Part shown: positions 18,440 to 27,803 of the stretch, piece by piece
Layout of the letters: each line of letters opens with the position of its first letter
How positions within the stretch are numbered: position 1 is the stretch's first letter
Source of the DNA: Polyangiales bacterium
Lineage (GTDB): Bacteria; Myxococcota_A; Polyangia; Polyangiales; JADJQN01
NCBI GenBank assembly: GCA_964202905.1
Contig: CAXNJO010000003.1
Location: forward strand, 640,001 to 704,000
Length of the DNA: 64,000 nucleotides
Reading direction: 5' to 3'
The notes under the pieces: generated by a model
Database searches by the model: none
The model's input: the letters and a program-made list of their open reading frames with translations, nothing else
Told to the model about the DNA's origin: nothing
Made by a program: the position numbers and the translations under genes

Positions 18440-18991
18440 TCAGTCGCGCGGCGCCCGCAGCCGCCGCGGCAAGAAGAGTCCCCACGCGCCGTCGTATGGG
18501 TGCACGCGCTGCGCAGGCGCGACGCCGCGGTACATGGGCCTCCCCTCGCGCGCCCAGCGGAAGAGCCCACCCTCGAGGTTGCGCGCGTCGCGGTGGCCCG
18601 CCGCACGGAGCCGCGCGACGAGCGCCGCGCTCCGCAGGCCGACGGCGCAGTACACGACGACGGGGCGCGCGGCGGGCAGCGCGAGCGCGGCGGTCGACGC
18701 GCCTTCCGCATCCACGCGACGCGCCCCGCGCAGGTGGCTCACCGCGAACTCGGCAGCGCTCCGCACGTCGAGGAGTACGGGGCGCGCCGGCTCGGGCCTA
18801 GCGAGCGCTGCGGCGAGCGCGGCGGGCGCGACGCTGGGCGCGTCCGGATATCGCGCAGCGACGGGCACGCGCAGCAGGGCGAGCGGGAGCGCGCCCCCGA
18901 GCGGACCGAGCCACGCGGACGCGGCGAGCACGCCCACGACGACGAGCAGGAGCGCACGCCAGACCCCGCGCGAAGCGGGCCGCGCGTTCAC
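18440..18991 (-). CDS. Rhodanese-like domain protein with N-terminal hydrophobic segment
   Basis: LLDVRSAAEFAVSHLRGA, active-site VYCAVGLRS and NLEGGLFRW. Confidence 0.85.
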   Translation of the reverse strand: MNARPASRGVWRALLLVVVGVLAASAWLGPLGGALPLALLRVPVAARYPDAPSVAPAALAAALARPEPARPVLLDVRSAAEFAVSHLRGARRVDAEGASTAALALPAARPVVVYCAVGLRSAALVARLRAAGHRDARNLEGGLFRWAREGRPMYRGVAPAQRVHPYDGAWGLFLPRRLRAPRD

Positions 18992-19983
18992 TGCCAGGGC
19001 ACGGGCGCGGCGATCGCGTCGGGCACCGCGAGCCGCCCGAGCACACCGGACGAGGCGACGTAGAGGTCGTGGCAGTCGAGCGGCCCGACGCCGAACGCGA
19101 GGTTCGCGGCCGCGCCGATCGTGCCATCCGCGGCGAGCTCGGTCGCGCCCGTCCCATCGGCCTCGAGGCGCAGCACGCGCCCGCCGCCGTTGTCGCTGAC
19201 GTAGAAGCGCCCCGCCGCGTCGAGCGTCACGCCGTCGGGGTTGCCGAGCGCGCGGGCGACGGTGCGGCGCGCCGTCTCGACGTGCGCGGCGTCGAGCGTG
19301 AGCGCGAGCAGCGTGCCCCGCGAATAGCTGAGCGCGTAGAGCGTCGTCGGATCACCGGGCGCGAACGCGAGGCCGTTGGCGCGCTCGATCGCCGACGTGG
19401 TGACCGTCGACGCCACGCCCGTCGCGGCGTCGACGCGGAAGACCGTGCCCGTCTCGAAGTCGCTCGCGTAGAGCGCGCCGTCCGGGCCGAGGGTGAGTCC
19501 GTTTGGCGCGCCGAGTCCGGTCGCGAGCGGCGAGGCCGCGGGGGACGCGACGTCGGTCGCGTAGAGCGTGCCGTTCTCGGGGGACGCGACGAACAACCGC
19601 GCGTTCGCCGCGTCGAGCGCGAGCCCCCAGATCGTCGAGACGCCGGCGATACGCAGCCAGCGCGGCTCGTTGGTGCCATCGGGCGCGAGGCGGCCCACGC
19701 CCCCGGCCTGTGAGTAGAAGATCGTCCCGTCGCGTGCGATCACGAGGCCCTCGGTGCCGCGCACCCCCGTGACCGCGGGACGCGTGTTGCCGCAGGAAGA
19801 CGCCCCGAGGTCCGCAGCGCCCGCGTCGTCCTCGCCGAGGTCCGCAGCGCCGAGGTCGACGACCCCGAGATCGGGCGCGCCGGCATCGATCGCAGGCCGC
19901 GGCGCGTCGCCCCCACAGCCCGCACCGAACAAGGCGAAGGCGACGACGACGAGCGACCGACGGCGGGTGGAGCGGACGCGCAT
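18988..19983 (-). CDS. SMP-30/gluconolactonase-like beta-propeller lipoprotein
   Basis: Lipobox FGAGC, DAG/DLG linker, and blade motifs TEGLVI, PNGLTLGPDG, ANGLAF, PDGVTLD, ANLAFG. Confidence 0.8.
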   Translation of the reverse strand: MRVRSTRRRSLVVVAFALFGAGCGGDAPRPAIDAGAPDLGVVDLGAADLGEDDAGAADLGASSCGNTRPAVTGVRGTEGLVIARDGTIFYSQAGGVGRLAPDGTNEPRWLRIAGVSTIWGLALDAANARLFVASPENGTLYATDVASPAASPLATGLGAPNGLTLGPDGALYASDFETGTVFRVDAATGVASTVTTSAIERANGLAFAPGDPTTLYALSYSRGTLLALTLDAAHVETARRTVARALGNPDGVTLDAAGRFYVSDNGGGRVLRLEADGTGATELAADGTIGAAANLAFGVGPLDCHDLYVASSGVLGRLAVPDAIAAPVPWQ

Positions 19984-20071
19984 GGAGCACCTCGAGGCGG
20001 GGGCCGCGCGGGGGGGCGGCAGGGGCGCTCGAGCCTTGCGCGCAGGGCGTCCGTCGTCAACACCGGGCCGT

Positions 20072-20569
20072 GTGCGCGAGGACGACGAGCCGCCGCAGCG
20101 GCACCCGAACTACATCACGCCCGCCGGCCTCGAGCGCCTCACGAAGGAACTCGCCGCGCTCGGCGAAGAGCGCGCGCGCGTCGTGCAGGAGGTGACCGAC
20201 GCCGCCGCGCAAGGCGATCGCTCGGAGAACGCGGAGTACCTCTACGGCAAGCGCCGACTCCGCCAGATCGACGGGCGCATGCGCTTTCTGCGCAAGCGGA
20301 TCGAGATCGCCGTACCCATCGATCCGGGCCTCCCCCGCGGAGCCCGCGTGTTCTTCGGCGCGACGCTCGAGCTCGAAGACGACGACGGGCGCCGCAGCCG
20401 CTACCAACTCGTCGGCGAGGATGAGGTCGACACCGAGCGCGCCATGATCTCCTGGCGCGCGCCGGTCGGTCGCGCGCTGCTCGGGCGCGCGCTCGACGAC
20501 GAGGTGCGCATCGAGACGCCGGGCGGGGTGCGGCGGCTCACGATCGTCGGCATCGACTACGTGCGCTGA
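20072..20569 (+). CDS. greB: Transcription elongation factor GreB
   Basis: NYITPAG, AAAQGDRSENAEYLYGKRRLRQID, VFFGAT and ISWRAPVGRALLG. Start GTG is approximate. Confidence 0.93.
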   Translation: MREDDEPPQRHPNYITPAGLERLTKELAALGEERARVVQEVTDAAAQGDRSENAEYLYGKRRLRQIDGRMRFLRKRIEIAVPIDPGLPRGARVFFGATLELEDDDGRRSRYQLVGEDEVDTERAMISWRAPVGRALLGRALDDEVRIETPGGVRRLTIVGIDYVR

Positions 20570-20719
20570 CCAGCACCCTCGAGAGCGCGGCGATTCCGTG
20601 CACGAAACTCTTCCCATCGGCGCGGCTTTGGATAAACTCACGCGCTGTTCGTCGTCGGAGAGCGGACGACAGCGCAACGCCGGGGCCGAACCACCCCGGA
20701 GGCACCAAGGAGATCATCG

Positions 20720-20929
20720 ATGAAGAACCTCAAGATTCTGCTGGCGATCGTGGCTTTCTCGGCGGCGGGCGTGATCGGCTGCGGCGGCGACGACGCGGCG
20801 GCTGAAGAGACGACGGCCACCGAGACGGCGACCGAGGCCACCGAGGGCGGCGAGGCCGCACCGGCCGAGGGTGAGGCTGCTCCCGCCGAGGGCGAGGCCG
20901 CACCGGCCGAGGGCGAGTCCGCGGAGTGA
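20720..20929 (+). CDS. Small acidic low-complexity lipoprotein (69 aa)
   Basis: AAGGAG RBS, signal peptide MKNLKILLAIVAFSAAGVIG-C, GEAAPAE repeats, downstream terminator. Confidence 0.8.
   Translation: MKNLKILLAIVAFSAAGVIGCGGDDAAAEETTATETATEATEGGEAAPAEGEAAPAEGEAAPAEGESAE
20849..20911 (+). repeat. 3 x 21-bp coding tandem repeat (GEAAPAE)
   Basis: Copies 1 and 3 are identical; copy 2 differs only at synonymous sites. Confidence 0.85.
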
Positions 20930-20983
20930 GCCCCACGCGCGCCGGGTCCGCCCGGCGTGCATGATCGCTCCGGCGGTCGGACC

Positions 20984-21031
20984 TCGAGCGCAGCGTGATC
21001 TCTCCGGAGATCGCCTGCGCTCGAAGTTTTT
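20984..21031 (+). terminator. Putative intrinsic terminator
   Basis: TCGAGCGCAG..GATCTC-TCCG-GAGATC..CTGCGCTCGA hairpin followed by AGTTTTT; lies between convergent genes. Confidence 0.65.
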
Positions 21032-21056
21032 CCGTCCGTTTTTTTCGAGCGCCGCG

Positions 21057-22472
21057 TCAGCCGCCGAAGCGCGGCCAGTCGGTGTGCACCGCGACGCCCG
21101 GCGCGTCGCTGCGCTCGTAGGTGTGGCTGCCGAAGTAATCGCGCTGCGCCTGGATCACGGCCGCGCTGCCGCGCGCGGTGACGAGCGTGTCGTACCAGGC
21201 GAGCGAGGCCGCGAGGCCCGGCACGGGGATGCCCGCCGCGAGCGCCGCGCCCACGACGCGCCGCCACGCGGGGAGCCTGCGGCCGAGGTCCTCGACGAAC
21301 TCCGGCGCGAGCGCGAGCAGCTCGGGCGCGGGCGTCCGCGCGAAGGCCGCGCGCACCCGATCGAGGAAGCGCGCGCGGATGATGCAGCCCGCCGTCCAGA
21401 TCCGCGCGACCTCGCCGAGATCCGTGCCGTAGCCGCGCTCCTCGCTCGCGCGCGCGAGCATCTGGAAGCCCTGCGTGTAGCTCGCGATCTTCGACGCGTA
21501 GAGCGCGTCGCGCAGGTCATCGACGCTCACGCCCGCGAGCGGCCCGCGCCTCGCGCCGAACGCCTGCTCCGCGCGGACGCGCAGCTCCTTCTGCGCGCTC
21601 AGCACGCGCGCATCGACGGCCGCCGCGATCGTCGGCACCGCGACGCCCATCTCGAGCGCGGCCATGACCGTCCACTTGCCCGTGCCCTTCTGCCCGGCCT
21701 TGTCGAGGATCGCGTCGACGAGCAGCGCGCCCGGCCGCTGCGGGTCCTCGGTGCGGAAGATGTCGGCCGTGATCTCCACGAGGAAGCTCGCGAGATCCCC
21801 GCGATTCCACTCTGAAAACGTGTCGGCGACGGCCAGCGGCGCGAGGCCGAGCCCGTCGCGCAGCAGCGTCGCCGTCTCCGAGATGAGTTGCATGTCGCCG
21901 TACTCGATGCCGTTGTGCACCATCTTCACGAAGTGCCCCGCGGAGCCGCGGCCGCAGTACGTGACGCAGGTGCCGCTCTCGCTCTTCGCCGCGACGGCCT
22001 CGAGCAGCGGACGCATGCGCTCCCACGCCTCGACGTCACCGCCCGGCATGATCGAGGGGCCGAGCAGCGCGCCATCCGAGCCGCCGGAGATCCCCATCCC
22101 GACGAAGCGCCACGGCCTCCCCGCGGCCCGCGCGTTGCGGCGATCCGTGTCTGAAAAGAGGCTGTTTCCCGCGTCGACGACGATGTCGTCCTGCTCGAGC
22201 AGCGGATCGAGCGCGTCGAGCACGTCGTCGATCGGCTTGCCCGCGACGACGAGCACGACGATGCGCCGCGGCCGCTCGAGGCTCGCGACGAGCGTCGCCC
22301 AATCCTCCGCGATCGCGAGCTTCGCGTCCGGATGCGCGCGGGCAAGCTCCCGCGCCTTGTCGACCGAGCGGTCGTAGCCCGCGACGCGGTAACCGCGGCT
22401 CGCGAAGTTCCGCGCGAAGTTCGCGCCCATCACGCCGAGCCCCACCACCGCGATGTCGTTCAGGTCGCTCAT
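21057..22472 (-). CDS. gnd: 6-phosphogluconate dehydrogenase, decarboxylating
   Basis: GLGVMG, VDAGN, GISGG, GHFVKMVHNGIEYGDMQ, GQKGTGKW and QAQRDYFGSHTY. Confidence 0.96.
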   Translation of the reverse strand: MSDLNDIAVVGLGVMGANFARNFASRGYRVAGYDRSVDKARELARAHPDAKLAIAEDWATLVASLERPRRIVVLVVAGKPIDDVLDALDPLLEQDDIVVDAGNSLFSDTDRRNARAAGRPWRFVGMGISGGSDGALLGPSIMPGGDVEAWERMRPLLEAVAAKSESGTCVTYCGRGSAGHFVKMVHNGIEYGDMQLISETATLLRDGLGLAPLAVADTFSEWNRGDLASFLVEITADIFRTEDPQRPGALLVDAILDKAGQKGTGKWTVMAALEMGVAVPTIAAAVDARVLSAQKELRVRAEQAFGARRGPLAGVSVDDLRDALYASKIASYTQGFQMLARASEERGYGTDLGEVARIWTAGCIIRARFLDRVRAAFARTPAPELLALAPEFVEDLGRRLPAWRRVVGAALAAGIPVPGLAASLAWYDTLVTARGSAAVIQAQRDYFGSHTYERSDAPGVAVHTDWPRFGG

Positions 22473-22481
22473 CGGTCCTCC

Positions 22482-23207
22482 TCACACGGTCCCATCGGAC
22501 AGGTCCACATCGGTCACGATCGCGAGCCCATCGAGCCCCACGGCGGGCAGCCGCGGGTCCTCGAGGATCAGCCGCTCGAGCGCCTCCCGCTTGCCCTCAC
22601 CCGCCGCGAGCAGCACGTGCACGCGCGCCGTCGCGAGCAGCGCGCGCGAGAGCGTGATGCGCGACGCGGGCGGCTTCGGCGAGTCGGGCACGTGCCGCGC
22701 GAGCGCGCCCGCAGGCTCCTCGAACGGCGCATCCCCCGGGAAAAGCGAGGCGATGTGACCGTCCGGCCCCATGCCGAGCAGCGTCACGTCGAGCCCCACC
22801 GAGCCCCCGTCCGCGAACGATGCACGCAGCCCCGCCTCCACGCGCGCGACGGCCGCGTCAAAAGCCTCACCATCTTCCACGATGGCGAGCTCGAGCGCGG
22901 GAGGGCACGCCGCGTCGAGCGCGCCGCTGCGGTGCGCCTCGCCACGGTTCGAGTCGGGGCTCGCGAACGGCACGCAGCGCTCGTCGACCCACGTGAGCCG
23001 CACGCGCGCCCACACCGCCGGGGGCAACGCCTCGCGCGCGGCACGCAGCGCGCGCAGCGCCGATCCGCCCGCGACCGCGAGCCGCGCGGCCCCGTGACGC
23101 GCGTCCGCCGCCGCGATCGCAGCCGCGAGCAGCCGCGCGGCCTGCGGCTCCGGAGACGCCGTGAGGTAGACGTCGACCCCCTCCGACGGCGTCGTCCGAT
23201 CACCCAC
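22482..23207 (-). CDS. pgl: 6-phosphogluconolactonase
   Basis: AVAGGS, WVDERCVP, SN, LGMGPDGHIASLFP and PKPP..RITL. Sits between zwf and gnd; GTG start overlaps the zwf stop. Confidence 0.9.
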   Translation of the reverse strand: MGDRTTPSEGVDVYLTASPEPQAARLLAAAIAAADARHGAARLAVAGGSALRALRAAREALPPAVWARVRLTWVDERCVPFASPDSNRGEAHRSGALDAACPPALELAIVEDGEAFDAAVARVEAGLRASFADGGSVGLDVTLLGMGPDGHIASLFPGDAPFEEPAGALARHVPDSPKPPASRITLSRALLATARVHVLLAAGEGKREALERLILEDPRLPAVGLDGLAIVTDVDLSDGTV

Positions 23208-24723
23208 GCGACCAACCGCCCTCGCACCCCTCGAAGAGCTCGTTGGCTTCCTCGGGGCCCCACGACCCCGCCTCGTACGCGCGCATCGGCGGCGCCTCCG
23301 CCCCGCGCCACGCGTCGGCGAAGGCATCGGCGAAACGCCAGCTCGCCTCGATCTCGTCGCCGCGCAAAAAGAGCGTCGCGTCGCCCACGAGCGCGTCGAG
23401 CAGGAGCCGCTCGTAGGCGGGCGCCGTCGTCGCGCCGAACGCGTCTTTGTAGTCGAACGAGAGCTTCGCGGGCGCCATCGTCATCTGGTTGCCCGGGTGC
23501 TTCACGCCGAAGGAGAGCGTGATCGCCTCGCGCGGCTGGATGCTCAACGTGAGCACGTTCGGGCGGATCTGACAGAGCAGCCCCTGCCGCACCGCGCGCC
23601 GGAACTCCTCGTCCGTCATGCCCTCGGGCCGGTTGAAGAGCTGCAGGGGCGGCGTCTTGAACTGCACCTGCACCTCGGTGAACTTGCGCGGCATCCGCTT
23701 GCCGTGACGCAACAGGATGGGCACGCCGGCCCAGCGCCACGTCGCGAGCTCGGCGCGGATCGCGACGTACGTCTCGGTCTGCGAGGCCTCGGCGACGCCC
23801 TCCTCGTCGAGGTAGCCGGGGACGTCGCGCTCGCCGATCTTCCCGGCCGTGTACCGCGCCCGCACGCTCGTCTCCCGCACCTCACGGGCGCTCGGCACCA
23901 CGAGGCTCTTCAGCACCGCGACCTTCTGCGCACGCACCGCCTCCGCATCGAGCGACGAGGGCGGCTCCATCACGGCGAGCGCGAGCACCTGCAACATGTG
24001 GTTCTGCACCATGTCGCGGAGCGCGCCGGTGGTGTCGTAGTAGCCGCCGCGTCCGCTCTCCATCCCGAGATCCTCGGCGACGGTGATCTGCACGAGCTCG
24101 ACGTGATCGCGGTTCCACACTGGCTCGAAGATCGCGTTGTGGAAGCGGAAGCCGAGCAGGTTCTGCACGGTCTCCTTCCCGAGATAGTGGTCGATCCGAT
24201 AGATCTGCGACTCGCGCAGGCACTCGTGCAGATCGGCGTTGAGCGCGCGCGCGCTCGCGAGGTCGTGGCCGAAGGGCTTCTCGACGATCACGCGCCGCCA
24301 GGCGACCTGCTCGTCCTCGCGCATGTGCACGAGGCCCGCCGCGTGGAGGTTCCGCACCGCCTGCGCGAAGAGTTCGGGCTTCAGCGACAGGTAATAGAGG
24401 CGCCCCGCCGCGCTCCCGCCCGCCATCGCGTCGAGGCGCTCGGCGAGGCGCCGCGTGTCGGCCTCGTCCCCGACGTCGCCCTGCAGATAGTGGATGCGCG
24501 GCGCGAGCTCGTCGAACGCGCCGAGCAGCTCCGGGGGCATCACCGCGCGCAGCTCGTCGCGCCACTGCGCGTCGCTCTTCGCGCGGCGCGCGACGCCGAG
24601 CACGGAGAAGCCCTCGCGCGGGCGCTCCTTCTTCGCGAGGCTCGCGAGCGCGGGGATGAGTTTGCGCGCCGTGAGGTCGCCGCTCGCCCCGAAGATCACC
24701 ACCTGGGAGGGCACGATCGTCAT
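23200..24723 (-). CDS. zwf: Glucose-6-phosphate 1-dehydrogenase
   Basis: IFGASGDL, GVARR, EKPFG, RIDHYLGKE and RDMVQNH. Confidence 0.96.
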   Translation of the reverse strand: MTIVPSQVVIFGASGDLTARKLIPALASLAKKERPREGFSVLGVARRAKSDAQWRDELRAVMPPELLGAFDELAPRIHYLQGDVGDEADTRRLAERLDAMAGGSAAGRLYYLSLKPELFAQAVRNLHAAGLVHMREDEQVAWRRVIVEKPFGHDLASARALNADLHECLRESQIYRIDHYLGKETVQNLLGFRFHNAIFEPVWNRDHVELVQITVAEDLGMESGRGGYYDTTGALRDMVQNHMLQVLALAVMEPPSSLDAEAVRAQKVAVLKSLVVPSAREVRETSVRARYTAGKIGERDVPGYLDEEGVAEASQTETYVAIRAELATWRWAGVPILLRHGKRMPRKFTEVQVQFKTPPLQLFNRPEGMTDEEFRRAVRQGLLCQIRPNVLTLSIQPREAITLSFGVKHPGNQMTMAPAKLSFDYKDAFGATTAPAYERLLLDALVGDATLFLRGDEIEASWRFADAFADAWRGAEAPPMRAYEAGSWGPEEANELFEGCEGGWSRG

Positions 24724-24901
24724 GGCGCGCGAGCATACACCCGGGCGCGATCGGCCGGGCCCGACCAGCCCGCTCCGGACACGGCGTGGGCCTTCAACTC
24801 ATCGGTGATCGACCCCATGCAGCTGTGGTAGCGTGCGGCGCGCTTCATCCACGCGCCTGGTCGCCGACCCCAGCCGGAACGAGCCAAGGAGAGCCCGATC
24901 G

Positions 24902-26230
24902 ATGTCCAAGGACACCCTGACGATCACCGACAACCGCACCGGCAAGGCCTACGAGGTGCCCGTCGAGAACGGCACCATCAAGGCCATCGACCTGCGGAAG
25001 ATCAAGACGAGCGACGATGACTTCGGCCTGATGACGTACGATCCGGCATTCACGAATACCGCTTCGTGCATCAGCCGCATCACGTACATCGACGGTGATC
25101 TCGGCATCCTCCGCTACCGCGGCTACCCCATCGAGCAGCTCGCCGAGAAGGCGTCCTTCCTCGAGGTCGCTCACCTGCTCCTGCACGGAGAGCTGCCGAG
25201 CCACAGCCAGCTCAACGCGTTCACGCACAACGTCACGTATCACACGATGGTGCACGAGAACGTGCGCGAGCTGATGGACGGCTTCCGCTACGACGCGCAC
25301 CCGATGGGCATGCTCACGAGCACCGTCGCCGCGCTCTCGACCTTCTACCCCGAGGCGAAGAACGTCGAAGACGCCGAGACGCGGATGCTGCAGGTCTACC
25401 GGATCATCGCGAAGATGCCGACGCTCGCGGCCTTCGCGTTCCGGCACCGCCGCGGCCTGCCCTACGTCTATCCGGACAACGACCTGAGCTTCGCCGGCAA
25501 CTTCCTCGCGATGCTCTTCCGCATGACGGAGCGCGCCTACAAGCCGAACGCGGCCATCGAGCACGCGCTCGACGTGCTCTTCACGCTGCACGCGGACCAC
25601 GAGCAGAACTGCTCGACGAGCGCGATGCGCGGCGTCGGCTCCTCGCAGGTCGACCCGTACAGCGCGACGGCGGCGGCCTGCGCGGCGCTCTACGGCCCGC
25701 TCCACGGCGGCGCCAACGAGGCCGCGATCCGCATGCTGAACGAGATCGGCAGCGTCAAGAACATCCCCGACTTCATCAAGAAGGTGAAGGCGGGCGAGGG
25801 GCGGCTGATGGGCTTCGGCCACCGCGTCTACAAGAACTACGACCCGCGCGCGAAGGTCATCAAGCGCCTCGCGTACGAGGTCTTCGACAGCGTCGGCAAG
25901 AACCCGCTCATCGACATCGCGCTCGAGCTCGAGCGGATCGCGCTCGAGGACGAGTACTTCATCAAGCGCAAGCTCTACCCGAACGTCGACTTCTACTCGG
26001 GCATCATCTACCAGGCGATGGGCCTGCCGATGGACATGTTCCCGGTCCTCTTCGCGATCGGCCGTTCGCCGGGCTGGCTCGCGCAGTGGCTCGAGATGGT
26101 GCAGGACCCGGAGCAGAAGATCGCGCGCCCGCGCCAGATCTACCTCGGCCACGATCAGCGCGATTTCGTGCCGATCAGCGAGCGCGCCGGCGCCCCCTCG
26201 GTGCTGCCGCCACCGCCGCTCGGCAAGTGA
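24902..26230 (+). CDS. gltA: Citrate synthase
   Basis: ITYIDG..GILRYRGYPIEQL, LHADHEQNCST, GPLHGGANEA, MGFGHRVYK and YPNVDFYSG. Confidence 0.97.
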   Translation: MSKDTLTITDNRTGKAYEVPVENGTIKAIDLRKIKTSDDDFGLMTYDPAFTNTASCISRITYIDGDLGILRYRGYPIEQLAEKASFLEVAHLLLHGELPSHSQLNAFTHNVTYHTMVHENVRELMDGFRYDAHPMGMLTSTVAALSTFYPEAKNVEDAETRMLQVYRIIAKMPTLAAFAFRHRRGLPYVYPDNDLSFAGNFLAMLFRMTERAYKPNAAIEHALDVLFTLHADHEQNCSTSAMRGVGSSQVDPYSATAAACAALYGPLHGGANEAAIRMLNEIGSVKNIPDFIKKVKAGEGRLMGFGHRVYKNYDPRAKVIKRLAYEVFDSVGKNPLIDIALELERIALEDEYFIKRKLYPNVDFYSGIIYQAMGLPMDMFPVLFAIGRSPGWLAQWLEMVQDPEQKIARPRQIYLGHDQRDFVPISERAGAPSVLPPPPLGK

Positions 26231-26359
26231 GCCGCCGGGCCGCGGTTCGACACGCGGCCTGACACGACGATGGACGAACGGGGCTGCGCCGACCCACGGC
26301 GCGGCCCCGTCGCCGTTTTCAGCGCCCTCACCGCGCTGCGAGGGCGAGAGGCCAGCGCG

Positions 26360-27103
26360 TCAGGCGGGCTCGAGCAGCGCGAGCACGCCCGCGAGGCTCT
26401 GCGCGAGGCCGCCCTCCGCTGCGCGCGCGGCCGCTTCGGGGACCGGCTTGCGCGCGACGGGCGCCGGGCTCGGTGCGCCGCCCGACTCGAGCGTGCGCCG
26501 GATCTGCGCGCGCGCCTCGTGCACGCGCCACGCGATCGTGCCCTCCGTCGTCTCGAGGACGACGGCCGCCTCCTTGTGCGAGAGGCCCTGCAGCGTCGTG
26601 AGCACGACCGTCGTGCGCAGCACGGGCGAGAGCCGATCGAAGGCGGTGACGAGCTGCTGATACACCTCGCGCAGCTCCATCGCGCGCCGCGGATCGCCGC
26701 CCGAGTCGAGCTGCGCGGCGATCTCGACGCGCGCATCCTCGAAGTCGACCGTGGGCCGCCGCTTCCGGTCGCGCTTCACGTTGAGCGCGCGGTGCAACGC
26801 GATGCGATAGAGCCACGTGAAGAACTCGCTGCGCCCCTCGAAGGAGCCGAGGTTGCGATACGCCCGCAGGAACGCGTCCTGCGTGATGTCGTCCGCGTCG
26901 CTGCGCGAGCCCGTGAGGTGCAGCGCGAGCGCGAAGATGCGCGGCCGATAGCGGCGCACGAGCTGCGAGAATGCGCGGGCATCGCCCGTCTTCGCCGCCT
27001 CGACGAGCACATTCGCCTCGCGCGCGCGCTGCTCGGCCTCCGAGTCACGCACCGCGCCCGGGCGGGCAGCGGCGAGCGCAGTGTCGGCGCGGGACGACGT
27101 CAT
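26360..27103 (-). CDS. ECF RNA polymerase sigma factor
   Basis: GDARAFSQLV, DADDITQDAFLRAY, FFTWLYRIA, and sigma4 region GLSHKEAAVVL..TEGTI..RVHEAR. Confidence 0.9.
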   Translation of the reverse strand: MTSSRADTALAAARPGAVRDSEAEQRAREANVLVEAAKTGDARAFSQLVRRYRPRIFALALHLTGSRSDADDITQDAFLRAYRNLGSFEGRSEFFTWLYRIALHRALNVKRDRKRRPTVDFEDARVEIAAQLDSGGDPRRAMELREVYQQLVTAFDRLSPVLRTTVVLTTLQGLSHKEAAVVLETTEGTIAWRVHEARAQIRRTLESGGAPSPAPVARKPVPEAAARAAEGGLAQSLAGVLALLEPA

Positions 27104-27198
27104 GGCGACTTGGAATCATGCCGACCGCGCGTCCTTGGGTAAAGCGCCGTGAGGCGGGCACACCCTCGGCCGGCGCGGCCGCATCCGACGCGCGCGGC

Positions 27199-27738
27199 TC
27201 AGCCCTTCTGCCAGGCCGACTTCGCGCGGTAGGCGGAGAGCGCGGCGCGCACCACCTCGAGGGCGCGGCGCGCGTCGTAGAGGCCGTCGACGACGCTCAG
27301 CTTGTTCTCGAGGGCCTTGTAATCCTCGAAGAAACGGCCGATCTCGAGCGAGACGTGGGGCGGGATCTCGGCGACGTCGCGGTAATGCGAGAAGGCCGGA
27401 TCGTCGACGGCGACGGCGATGATCTTGTCGTCGACGCCCTTGTCGTCGCGCATCGCGAAGCCGCCCACCGCGCGCACGCGGACGATCGTGAGCGGCGTGA
27501 CGGGCTCCTGCATGAGCACGAGCACGTCGAGCGGATCGCCGTCGTCGGCGTGCGATTGGGGCAAAAAGCCGTAGTTCGCGGGGTAATGAACCGACGAGTA
27601 GAGGACGCGATCGAGCATCAACATGCCCGTGCGCTTGTCGATCTCGTACTTGAGCTTGCTGCCCTTCGGGATCTCGACGACGGCCGGGAAGAACTCGTCG
27701 ATCGCCTCGGGGACGAGGATGTCGTGGAGTGGGTGCAT
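27199..27738 (-). CDS. ppa: Inorganic pyrophosphatase (family I)
   Basis: VEIPKGSKLKYE, DRVL, YPANYGFLP, DGDPLDVL and DDKI. Confidence 0.95.
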   Translation of the reverse strand: MHPLHDILVPEAIDEFFPAVVEIPKGSKLKYEIDKRTGMLMLDRVLYSSVHYPANYGFLPQSHADDGDPLDVLVLMQEPVTPLTIVRVRAVGGFAMRDDKGVDDKIIAVAVDDPAFSHYRDVAEIPPHVSLEIGRFFEDYKALENKLSVVDGLYDARRALEVVRAALSAYRAKSAWQKG

Positions 27739-27803
27739 CGGTCGGGCACCATGCGCGCGCCTACGCACCGCGTCAAAGACCTGCGCCGCGCTATACCGCG
27801 GCG

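Noticed and set aside
20720..20929. Glu-rich small protein as precursor peptide for the ATP-grasp ligases at 15750-18423
   Set aside because: It has a lipoprotein signal, is separated from them by unrelated genes, and lacks the Lys/Thr-Asp core pattern of graspetide precursors.
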